This document shows positions 9,161 through 16,859 of a stretch of DNA of 64,000 nucleotides, one piece after another (the stretch's first letter is position 1; the number at the start of each line of letters is the position of its first letter). The DNA lies in assembly GCA_963850305.1 (NCBI GenBank), contig CAWKKR010000007.1:896001-960000 (forward strand). The letters are read 5' to 3'. The stretch comes from an uncultured delta proteobacterium (lineage in GTDB: Bacteria > Myxococcota_A > Polyangia > Polyangiales > Polyangiaceae). The translations under genes were made by a program, and so were the position numbers. Below the pieces are notes generated by a model, which saw nothing but the letters and a program-made list of their open reading frames with translations, made no database searches and was not told the DNA's origin.

Positions 9161-10027
9161 TCACCTTGCTGGCGGAAGGGGCAGGCGGCGCACGGGCGGG
9201 GGCGCGGGTGCAAAAGGTTCGTCCGATGCTGACGGAGCGTCGTCGCCAACGCGCCCTCGACGAGACGGGAACGCGACGCTGAACGTCGAGCCTTTTCCGG
9301 GCGTGGACTCGACGGAAATCGTGGCACCGAGCTCCACGGCGATCTCTCTGCATACGGAGAGCCCAAGTCCCGTCCCTTGCCACGCCGCCTTGATGGTGAA
9401 GAAGGGTTCGAACACGCGCTCGAGGTGCTCGCGGGCGATGCCGGGTCCAGAGTCCGAAATCTCCACGACGACCCCACGCGAGGCATCCACGCGCGTGACC
9501 ACGCGGATGAAGTGGTCATTCTCCGCATCACTCGCCACGGCCTGTGCGGCGTTGACGATCAGGTTCAGGAAAAGACGGCTCACTCGCGACTCGTTGCCCA
9601 CGATGGGAGGCACTGCATCGAAATCAGTGATGACCCGCGCGGAGTGATCGATCTCGGTTCTGGCGATCTTGAGGCACGAGATGAGCACGCTCTCCAGATC
9701 GACGTGAGATATCCCCGAGCGCCGAGCCGTGACGTCGAGGGCGAGATCCTGGAGTCGCTTCGCGCCTGCGACCGCCTCGCACACGCATCGCCGGAGCTCG
9801 GTGGCTCGTCCCTCCGATGGATCGCGCTCCGGATCGCTCAGCCGATGTTCGATGTGCTCGAGGTTCGACAGCAAATACGAGAGTGGCCCGAGCATCTCGC
9901 TGAGGGCGCCGGCAGCCAGTATGGCGAGCGAGGCGGTCTGCTCGGTGGCCCCCGCTCTCACCGCCGAACCCTCCACCGAAGATGCATTCGACGGCCCGTT
10001 CTCCGGACGCCCCACGCTCGTCGCCAC
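9161..10027 (-). CDS. Cytoplasmic histidine-kinase-like protein (HisKA + HATPase) lacking the phosphoacceptor His
   Basis: N box LFLNLIVNAAQA, G1 ISDSGPGI, F box FEPFFT, G2 GTGLGL, GKGSTF; H-box position reads LAAGALSEMLGPL. Start uncertain (GTG 10027 or 10015; ORF track starts at 10135). Confidence 0.8.
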   Translation of the reverse strand: MATSVGRPENGPSNASSVEGSAVRAGATEQTASLAILAAGALSEMLGPLSYLLSNLEHIEHRLSDPERDPSEGRATELRRCVCEAVAGAKRLQDLALDVTARRSGISHVDLESVLISCLKIARTEIDHSARVITDFDAVPPIVGNESRVSRLFLNLIVNAAQAVASDAENDHFIRVVTRVDASRGVVVEISDSGPGIAREHLERVFEPFFTIKAAWQGTGLGLSVCREIAVELGATISVESTPGKGSTFSVAFPSRRGRVGDDAPSASDEPFAPAPPPVRRLPLPPAR

Positions 10028-10039
10028 ATTCGCGTTCGG

Positions 10040-10055
10040 TGCAAGACACATGCCC
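10040..10055 (-). promoter_or_regulatory. sigma54 (-24/-12) promoter of the kinase-like gene
   Basis: Minus strand GGGCATG-TGTC-TTGCA, GG-N10-GC; predicted +1 near 10029, next to the in-frame GTG at 10027. Confidence 0.55.
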
Positions 10056-10203
10056 TTTGCGATCCTCCGACATTTCTTCCCGAGGACTGGGGGCGTGTCC
10101 TCTGGGGTGCACGCTGTCCTCGCAGCGCTGGCCACTCGAACGGACGGGTCGCACTGGCACCATCGCGCAGCACGGCGAGCGTTTTCTGCTCGGCAGGGCT
10201 GGG

Positions 10204-11730
10204 TCAGTCCCGCCGCTCGATGCCGAAGGCACGGATCAGGTTGTAGACGTGCGAACGCGCAAGATCGAGTCGTCGGGCCGTGGCGGCGATATTGAAGCCC
10301 GTGGCGTCGAGGGTGGCCCGGAGTAACTCCGCCTGGAACCGCCGCGTCTCCTCCTGGAATGTGCGGCAGGCGCCGTCTTTTTCGGAAGATGGGGCGCTCG
10401 AACCGAACAGGTGCGACGCTTCGACCTGGGGCACGTCTTCCGCAGCAGCGCGGATCGTCCCCGCTTCGACGACGTGCGCCAGCTCTCGCACGTTGCCGCG
10501 GAAGGGCGCAGCCCGCGCCGCACGCAAGGCGCCCAGCGACAGATCGACCCGCCGGAGTCCGTGCGTCCGTTGCGCGAGCTCACAGAAGTGCTTTGCGAGC
10601 AGATCGATGTCGTCCCGCCTCTCGGACAGGGACGGCAGCCGGATGGGCAACACCTGCAGGCGGTAAAAGAGATCGTCCCGGAACCGGCGTTGCTCGACCG
10701 CGGCTTTCAAGTCGACGTTCGTCGCAGCGATGAGACGGACATCTGCGGCGCGCGGGCGCGGGGCGCCGAGCGGGTAGTATTCTTTCGTCTGAAGGAGCTG
10801 CAGAAGCTTGGCCTGCGCGCTGATGGAGAGCTCCGCGATCTCGTCGAGAACGAGCGTGCCCCCCTCGGCTGCAGCGACCTTGCCCTCGATCCGGTGAGCC
10901 GCGGTCGAATGCGCACCGGGCAGCGCACCGAAGAGCTCGCTCTCCATCAGCGGCTCGGGGATCGTCGCGCAGTTCAGTTCGACCAGCGGCTTGCCACGCC
11001 GGGCGCTGTTCATGTGGATCACGCGCGCGAGGTGGCTCTTGCCGGTGCCCGTCTCGCCGGTCAGCAACACGCCGACGTCGAGCGGGGCCACGAGCGCGAC
11101 CTCGCGGAGCAGTCGCTCGATGGCCGCCCCCTGTCCGACGATCTCGTTCGCCTGGATTTTCTTCCGTACCTCGATCGTTGCATCGACCGGTCGCACGCCG
11201 TCGAACAGACGATGAACCAGCGGAGCGAGCTGCCTGCCAAAGATCGCCGCCCGCTCCAGATCTTCCTCCGAGAACGGTCCCGGGACCGTGCGACCCTGTA
11301 GATAGACGACCCCGGCTGGAGGGTCCGCTCCGATGGGCGCGCACAGTACGGCCTCGATGCGTGAGCGCCGCACGCTCCCCAGGTCGCGGAAACGGGGATC
11401 GAGGAGCGCCGATGGCGTCACGACGGCGCGTCCCGATGCAGTCGCCTCCGCGATGATCCCGCGCGAGACGGCCGCACGAATTACCCCGAGCTCTTCGTCG
11501 GAGCACCCTGCAGCGGTCCACCAGCCCGCGTCGGTTTCCGAGAAGACCTCGAGGTAGCCCTGCGAAGCCCCGGCGATCTCGAGAAGCAGCGCGAGGGCAC
11601 GGCGGAGAAACGGCTCGAGCTCCGTTTCGGCATTCAGGCCCAGGAGGCCCAGGTAAAGGTCTCTCTCCGATCTAACGCGGTCGGTAACGATCGCCGCCGA
11701 CGCCGCCATGGCCCGCATCATACCGGTCAT
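10204..11730 (-). CDS. GAF - sigma54-activator AAA+ - Fis HTH transcriptional regulator (atypical L1 loop)
   Basis: GAF (AVLCAPI..GVVYLQ..FSEEDL), Walker A GETGTGKS, ESELFGALPGAHSTA, Walker B LVLDEI, QAKLL, FRDDLFYRL, GNVREL, HTH NIAATARRLDLARSHVY. Start may be 11709-11781. Confidence 0.92.
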   Translation of the reverse strand: MTGMMRAMAASAAIVTDRVRSERDLYLGLLGLNAETELEPFLRRALALLLEIAGASQGYLEVFSETDAGWWTAAGCSDEELGVIRAAVSRGIIAEATASGRAVVTPSALLDPRFRDLGSVRRSRIEAVLCAPIGADPPAGVVYLQGRTVPGPFSEEDLERAAIFGRQLAPLVHRLFDGVRPVDATIEVRKKIQANEIVGQGAAIERLLREVALVAPLDVGVLLTGETGTGKSHLARVIHMNSARRGKPLVELNCATIPEPLMESELFGALPGAHSTAAHRIEGKVAAAEGGTLVLDEIAELSISAQAKLLQLLQTKEYYPLGAPRPRAADVRLIAATNVDLKAAVEQRRFRDDLFYRLQVLPIRLPSLSERRDDIDLLAKHFCELAQRTHGLRRVDLSLGALRAARAAPFRGNVRELAHVVEAGTIRAAAEDVPQVEASHLFGSSAPSSEKDGACRTFQEETRRFQAELLRATLDATGFNIAATARRLDLARSHVYNLIRAFGIERRD

Positions 11731-11783
11731 GCCCCCACCGCGTTCAATCGAGTGGACGATCCGGGCGCCGGAGAAGGGCACTC

Positions 11784-11803
11784 ATGTCTACTTTCTTGGA
11801 CAT
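11784..11803. promoter_or_regulatory. Palindromic candidate enhancer/operator ATGTC-N10-GACAT
   Basis: ATGTCTACTTTCTTGGACAT, between the regulator start and the divergent sigma54 motif, ~75 bp upstream of its predicted +1. Confidence 0.5.
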
Positions 11804-11841
11804 CGGGTGAGGTTTGCAGCCGAGAAACTCGAAACTGGCAC

Positions 11842-11860
11842 GTGGCACGTCGAGTGCTTG
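11842..11860 (+). promoter_or_regulatory. sigma54 (-24/-12) promoter divergent from the bEBP gene
   Basis: GTGGCACG-TCGAG-TGCTTG, GG-N10-GC; identical at 14 positions to the motif at 9005-9023. Confidence 0.65.
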
Positions 11861-11868
11861 TGATGGCA

Positions 11869-11982
11869 GCCGGAGATGGGGACCTGGCCTCCAAGAAAGA
11901 GGCCAGAAACGGGCCGGGGAACCTAGCCATGGCGGGGCCGCCGCCCAAGCGCAAGAACGCAGGGCGGCGGCGGTAGGTTGTT
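11869..11982 (+). ncRNA. Candidate sigma54-dependent small RNA (~110 nt) with two CAAGAA-loop hairpins
   Basis: HP1 CTGGCCTC-CAAGAAA-GAGGCCAG (11884-11906). HP2 10-bp stem GCCGCCGCCC/GGGCGGCGGC (11937-11971) capped by GCG-CAAGAA-CGC and extendable by AACCTA/TAGGTT. Only 15-16 codon ORFs follow the predicted +1. Confidence 0.42.
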
Positions 11983-11993
11983 GGGGTGTCGTC

Positions 11994-13979
11994 TCAGGGC
12001 GGGGCCGGGGGCGCTGAACTTCCGGTTGGCGCCGGGGCAGTCGGCGTGCCCGAGGCTGCGCCCGCCGGTGCGTGCTCGGCCGTCGCGCTCGGCGCAGGCG
12101 GCGGGGCGGCAGTTTCGGTCGGAGGCGCTGGCGCCGGCCCGGTGCTGGCGGTGGCGGAGGCGACCGCGGCCGGCCCGGTGACGGCTGTCGGACGGCTCGC
12201 GTGACTCGTGCCGGCATCCCGGTGCTCCGTCGCCGCCAAGACCACGGCGGCACTCGCAAGCGGGACGATCATGGCTCGTGCGGCCGGATCGAGCGCGGCG
12301 CGTCGGAGTTCTTCGAGGGGGAGCGTTTTTGGAACGGGCACCCGCGGCTGCACGCCGGGGATCGCATTCAATCGCACAACGACCACGGGCCGCGAGCCGT
12401 CGACTTTCACGGTCTCCGGGTAAAAGCCATCGCGCTTGATTTCGATCCGGACCGTCTCGCCGTCGCCGATCGCGAGGGAAACGGGCATCCCGCCGAGACT
12501 CTTGCCGTCGCGGTACACCTCCGCGTCGATGGGAGAAAAGACCAGCGCGACGGATCTCGTCGCGGGCGTCGCAGCGGATGAAGTGGGTGCCGGCGCCGTC
12601 GATGGAACCAGGACACTGTCGGATGCGGCCATGCTCGATCGATGCGAGGACGTGAGAAAGAGTCCCCCGGCGGACAGAACGGCCGCAATGGCGAGCACCC
12701 ACGGCCAGAGCGGCGCCGGTCGGACGACGTGCGCCGTGAGTTCCCGCCGCGCCGCGAGGATGAGGGACGCGTCTTGATCCCGCTCCGCGCGCGCCAGTAG
12801 ATCCGCGAGGGCGACCGGGGGATCGCCCCGCTCGAAGCGCTCCACGTCGGCGCAAAAGTCGTTCATCGATGCGTAGCGATCTTCCGGCTTCTTCTGGAGG
12901 CACTTGAGCACGATCGCATCGAGTGCATTGCCGACCGATTGCGGCGGCGCGTCCAGGCGCGCCAGCGGAACCGGTGCGGTGTACATGTGTTGCGTGAGCA
13001 GCCCCACCGGGTTCTCCGCGTCGAACGGCACCTTGCCCGACAGCATCTCGTAGAAGATGACTCCGAGAGAGTAGATGTCCGCGCGCGCGTCGACCTCTTC
13101 GCCGCTCGCTTGCTCGGGCGACATGTAATGAGGCGTTCCGAAGATGGTCCCGGCGCGAGTGATGCGGTTGGCCGCGCTCCCCATCTTGGCGATGCCGAAG
13201 TCGAGTAGCTTGACGAAGTCTTCGGTCCCGTCGCGCGTCGTCAGAAAGATGTTCTCCGGCTTCAGATCGCGATGAACGATCCCGGCCTTGTGGGCTGCGT
13301 TCATGCCCTCCGCGATTTGTTTCGCGATGGCCAGCGAGCGAGGCACGAGGACGAAACCGTCGTTCTTGATTCTCCGAGCGAGTGTTTGCCCTTCGAGATA
13401 TTCCATCACGAAGTACGTCGAACCATCCGGGAGCTCCCCGAAGTCGACCGTGTCGACGATGTGAGCGTTCCCGATTGCCGTCGCTGCGCGGGCTTCGTTC
13501 ACGAATCGCTCGACGACGTCTCCGTCCTCGGTCGGCAGGAGGATCTTGACGGCGAAGAGCTTGTCGATGACGTCGTGGCGCGCGCGATAAACGACGCCCA
13601 TGCCGCCACGTCCGAGCACGCCTTCGATGCGATAGCGCCCGTCGACGACGCATCCGACGTACGTGCTCGCTGGGCCGGCGCCTTCATCGCCCGAGTCCGC
13701 GGCGTCCGCGCGCACCAGCGGGACCTGCCTCAGCGAGCCGAGTCCGCGGCGAGTCACTGGCTCGGCATCCCCCATCGCCAGCAGAGTCGGGTTTTCGGCC
13801 ATCGAACGGTCCGCGTCCGCGCGGAGCTCGATGGCTGAGCGCGGTCCGTCTTCGATCGGCGTCGCTTGCGGGTGCGCCGCTTCCTGCCCACGGCGGGCGG
13901 CTTCTGGCCTCGGCCGATTCGTTCGCGGAAGCGGGCCGCGCTCGCCGTCACGTCGCGGTTTGTCGCCCGGGTCGCTCAT
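11994..13979 (-). CDS. Hanks-type Ser/Thr protein kinase, membrane-anchored, with PEGA-like and Pro/Ala-rich C-terminus
   Basis: LGRGGMGVVY, FAVKIL, HRDLKPEN, DFG, GTPHYMSPEQ, DIYSLG; TM LWPWVLAIAAVLSAGGLFL; FSPIDAEVY..LGGMP..RDGFYP. Confidence 0.95.
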   Translation of the reverse strand: MSDPGDKPRRDGERGPLPRTNRPRPEAARRGQEAAHPQATPIEDGPRSAIELRADADRSMAENPTLLAMGDAEPVTRRGLGSLRQVPLVRADAADSGDEGAGPASTYVGCVVDGRYRIEGVLGRGGMGVVYRARHDVIDKLFAVKILLPTEDGDVVERFVNEARAATAIGNAHIVDTVDFGELPDGSTYFVMEYLEGQTLARRIKNDGFVLVPRSLAIAKQIAEGMNAAHKAGIVHRDLKPENIFLTTRDGTEDFVKLLDFGIAKMGSAANRITRAGTIFGTPHYMSPEQASGEEVDARADIYSLGVIFYEMLSGKVPFDAENPVGLLTQHMYTAPVPLARLDAPPQSVGNALDAIVLKCLQKKPEDRYASMNDFCADVERFERGDPPVALADLLARAERDQDASLILAARRELTAHVVRPAPLWPWVLAIAAVLSAGGLFLTSSHRSSMAASDSVLVPSTAPAPTSSAATPATRSVALVFSPIDAEVYRDGKSLGGMPVSLAIGDGETVRIEIKRDGFYPETVKVDGSRPVVVVRLNAIPGVQPRVPVPKTLPLEELRRAALDPAARAMIVPLASAAVVLAATEHRDAGTSHASRPTAVTGPAAVASATASTGPAPAPPTETAAPPPAPSATAEHAPAGAASGTPTAPAPTGSSAPPAPP

Positions 13980-14217
13980 GAAGCAGAAAACCAGCGGTTC
14001 AGCGGAGGCTCCGCGGCTCAGCAGACGTCAGTATAACGGGTTTCCGGCGCACTCAACTCGCGCCCGTCTCGGCTCGCCCCTCGGGGGCGGAATGCTCGAG
14101 GACCGGGCTGAAATCCCTCACGGCGATGCGGTCCGACCCGTATCGCCGATGTAACTGGCCGCGCCGCTGTGTTCTACTCAGGCCCTCGGGCCCACCGGGC
14201 CACCCAAGGAACGATCT

Positions 14218-15234
14218 TTGAAAGCCCTCGTCACTGGCGCCAGCGGCTTCATCGGTGGGCACGTCATCGAAGCCCTGCGCGCTGCCGGGCACGACCCCGT
14301 CGCTCTCGTGCGACCGACCAGCGACACGACGATGCTCGAGCAATGGGACGTCGCGATCGTTCGCGGCGACGTCACGGATCCGGATTCTCTGCGGATCGCC
14401 TGCGAGGGGGTCGACTGTGTCATTCACACGGCAGCCGTCGTTTCCATGTACGGCGCCTGGGAAGAATACCGGCGCGTTGGCGTCGTCGGCACCGAGAACC
14501 TGGTGGCCGCCGCGGTCGAAGCCAAGGTCACGCGATTCATCCATCTGAGCTCCATAGCGGCTTACGGCTTTCGCCACGCGCAGGGCGTCGTCCTCACCGA
14601 GGACATGCCGATCGACGAAGAGCCGGAGCCCTGGAACCATTATGTGCGCGAGAAGATGCTCTCGGAGAAGGTCGTTGGACGCGCGCATTCGGCGGGGCGC
14701 ATCCAGGCAACCGTCTTTCGCCCGCCAGTGGTGATTGGTCCCCGTGATCGGAACGTCGTCACGCGCATGATGAACCTGCTTCGCCTCCCGTTCACCGGCA
14801 CCATCGGCGCGGGCAACAACCGAGTCGGTTGCGTCGTGGTCGAGGAGCTTGCGGAGGTGGTCGTCCGTGGCACGACGGCCGAAGTTGCCGCGGGACGGGT
14901 CTACAACGTCGGTGGCAAGACCCCGATCACCCAGCGCGAGCTCTACGGTCACTACGCCAAGGCCGCGGGGCGCCGTGCCCAGCCCTTTTTCGCGCCTTAT
15001 CGCGTCGCATTCGCGGGCGCGAGCATCGCGGAAAGGCTGTCCCAGCTCGCGGGCCGCAAAGAAGAGCCGATGCTCTCCCTCATCAGCGTTCCCGTGTTCG
15101 GCCAGGACTTCACCGTCGACTCGTCACGCGCCGAACGCGAGCTCGGCTGGAAGGGCGCCGCGGACTACGAGCGAGCCGTCACCGAATCCGTGAAGTGGTA
15201 CCTCGAGCACGAGAAGAAGACAATCTCGGCCTAG
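14218..15234 (+). CDS. NAD-dependent epimerase/dehydratase (extended SDR, 3-beta-HSD-like)
   Basis: VTGASGFIG, VIHTAA, IHLSS, YVREK (YxxxK), GPRD; TTG start after AAGGA. Confidence 0.9.
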   Translation: MKALVTGASGFIGGHVIEALRAAGHDPVALVRPTSDTTMLEQWDVAIVRGDVTDPDSLRIACEGVDCVIHTAAVVSMYGAWEEYRRVGVVGTENLVAAAVEAKVTRFIHLSSIAAYGFRHAQGVVLTEDMPIDEEPEPWNHYVREKMLSEKVVGRAHSAGRIQATVFRPPVVIGPRDRNVVTRMMNLLRLPFTGTIGAGNNRVGCVVVEELAEVVVRGTTAEVAAGRVYNVGGKTPITQRELYGHYAKAAGRRAQPFFAPYRVAFAGASIAERLSQLAGRKEEPMLSLISVPVFGQDFTVDSSRAERELGWKGAADYERAVTESVKWYLEHEKKTISA

Positions 15235-15318
15235 AACCGCGCCGCAGACCGCGACGGTCCATCCGTCGGGACCGCCGATGGGCAATCCATCAGTCCGCCC
15301 GCCTCAACATCGCGACGC

Positions 15319-16020
15319 TTAGAGACAGGGGGCGAACGGGTATGCGCAGCCGCATTTTCCGGCGCTCTGGCAGCAAACGCCCGAAGCGATCCCGCAGGCG
15401 CTGCATCCGGTGGTCGTTTTGCCGTCGGAGCATGCACTTGGGGCCGTCGCGCCGCCCGCGCCGGTAACGCCGCCCGCGGACGCCCCGCCCGACGCTGCCC
15501 CGCCCGATGCACTCGCTCCGCCTGACGCTGCCCCGCCCAATCCACTCGCCCCGCCTGACGACCTCGCTCCGCCGGACTCACCTGCTCCGCCCGACGACGC
15601 GCCTCCGGCGCTGCCGACATCGCCACCGCTACCCTTGCCGGAGCCCCCGGTTCCCGTGGCACTCCCTCCGCCCGAGCCCGCGTCACCGGCATCCGAAGGT
15701 GCCCCGCCGTTCCCGGTTGTCGAGCCGTCACCGGGTGCACCGCCGTCTCCAGTTGCCGAGCCGTCACCGCGGCCGCCGTTGCCGACCGCGCCGCCGGTGG
15801 AGGGGGCAACCTGGAATCCGCCGGACCCAACGAGTCCACCGGACCCGAGCTCGGACGCACCCGTGCCGCTCGAACTTCCGGTGCCGCTCGCGCCGCCGTC
15901 GCCCGGTGTCAGGGCCCCGTCATCGAGCGTGAGCGTCGAGATATCGCCGCCGACCTCCTGCCCCTGCGCACACGCTACTGCGATGAGGGCAACGAGAGGA
16001 AGGGTGACGATCTTTCGCAC
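15319..16020 (-). CDS. Hypothetical lipoprotein, Gly/Ser-rich linker with small Cys-rich C-terminal domain
   Basis: GTG 16020, signal LPLVALIAVAC, long GGA/GGS tract, C-terminal C..CSAC..CC..CGC..C. Confidence 0.6.
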   Translation of the reverse strand: MRKIVTLPLVALIAVACAQGQEVGGDISTLTLDDGALTPGDGGASGTGSSSGTGASELGSGGLVGSGGFQVAPSTGGAVGNGGRGDGSATGDGGAPGDGSTTGNGGAPSDAGDAGSGGGSATGTGGSGKGSGGDVGSAGGASSGGAGESGGARSSGGASGLGGAASGGASASGGAASGGASAGGVTGAGGATAPSACSDGKTTTGCSACGIASGVCCQSAGKCGCAYPFAPCL

Positions 16021-16202
16021 TACCAGCGAGCGTAGCGCGTCCGTGCACTCTTCACAACGGCACGCCGGGGCTCGGCCCTGACGCGGGCGCCGGGCTCTGT
16101 TTGGCCAGCGCTTCTGCAAGGATCACGCGATACGCCGAGCCCAGATGTACCCACAACGGCCCACGTCCTTTGGCTGCCGCACCCCCTCGTGCGACGACTC
16201 GG

Positions 16203-16544
16203 TCAGCCTTTCCGCTTGGCCTTGCGAGGTGCCTTCTTCACGGGCGCTGGCGCCTCTTCCGCTACGGCCGCTTTCGCTCGCGGCGCTTTGCGCGGGGCCT
16301 TCGGCGCGTCCCCTGTTTCGCTCGGCTTCTCGTCGCCCGTCAGGTACTTGAACGACACCTTGACCTTCGCGCGATACGCGACGGCTTTGCCTTCCATGAT
16401 CTGCATGTCGAGCTGCGATACTTCCGCGATGCGAAGATCCCGAAGGCTCAACGACGCCGTCTTCACCGCGGCCGCGGCAGCCTTCTCCCAGGACACCGTG
16501 CTCGTGCCGATCAGTTCGATGACCTTGTAGACGCTCTCAGCCAT
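16203..16544 (-). CDS. Dodecin family protein with basic C-terminal extension
   Basis: SVYKVIELIGTSTVSWEKAA..LRDLRIAEV..YRAKVKVSFKY; AAGGAG RBS; ~45-aa K/A/P/R tail. Confidence 0.9.
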   Translation of the reverse strand: MAESVYKVIELIGTSTVSWEKAAAAAVKTASLSLRDLRIAEVSQLDMQIMEGKAVAYRAKVKVSFKYLTGDEKPSETGDAPKAPRKAPRAKAAVAEEAPAPVKKAPRKAKRKG

Positions 16545-16859
16545 GTAAGGACTCCTTTTGATTTCCCCGCGGCGCCGCGGGCGCCCTCCGGGCGTCCCGC
16601 AAGCTACCGCGAAACGCGGTCAGCCCGATCTCGGAAACCACCCCCCTCGCGGCGTGGGTTGCGGCTCTCGTCGTTAGGGCCGTGCTCTGGTTCACGGCCA
16701 TGGAGCGGGCATGAAAATCACCCCCGCTGGATACCGCGCCGGTTTGGGTAACCACGCTTGCGGATCGTGCGTTCGCGGATAAGTTGGGCCCGCCGTCCCC
16801 CCCGCCGCTCGCTGGCGGCGGGCAGCGCGGCCGAAGTTCATCCGGCAGAGCGAGGAGCG

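Noticed and set aside
11863..11976. 37-aa peptide MAAGDGDL..GRRR as product of the sigma54 promoter
   Set aside because: Its ATG lies upstream of the predicted +1 (~11869) and has no RBS; not fully excluded.
16545..16859. FMN riboswitch upstream of dodecin
   Set aside because: Several hairpins are present but none of the conserved RFN sequence blocks on the coding strand.
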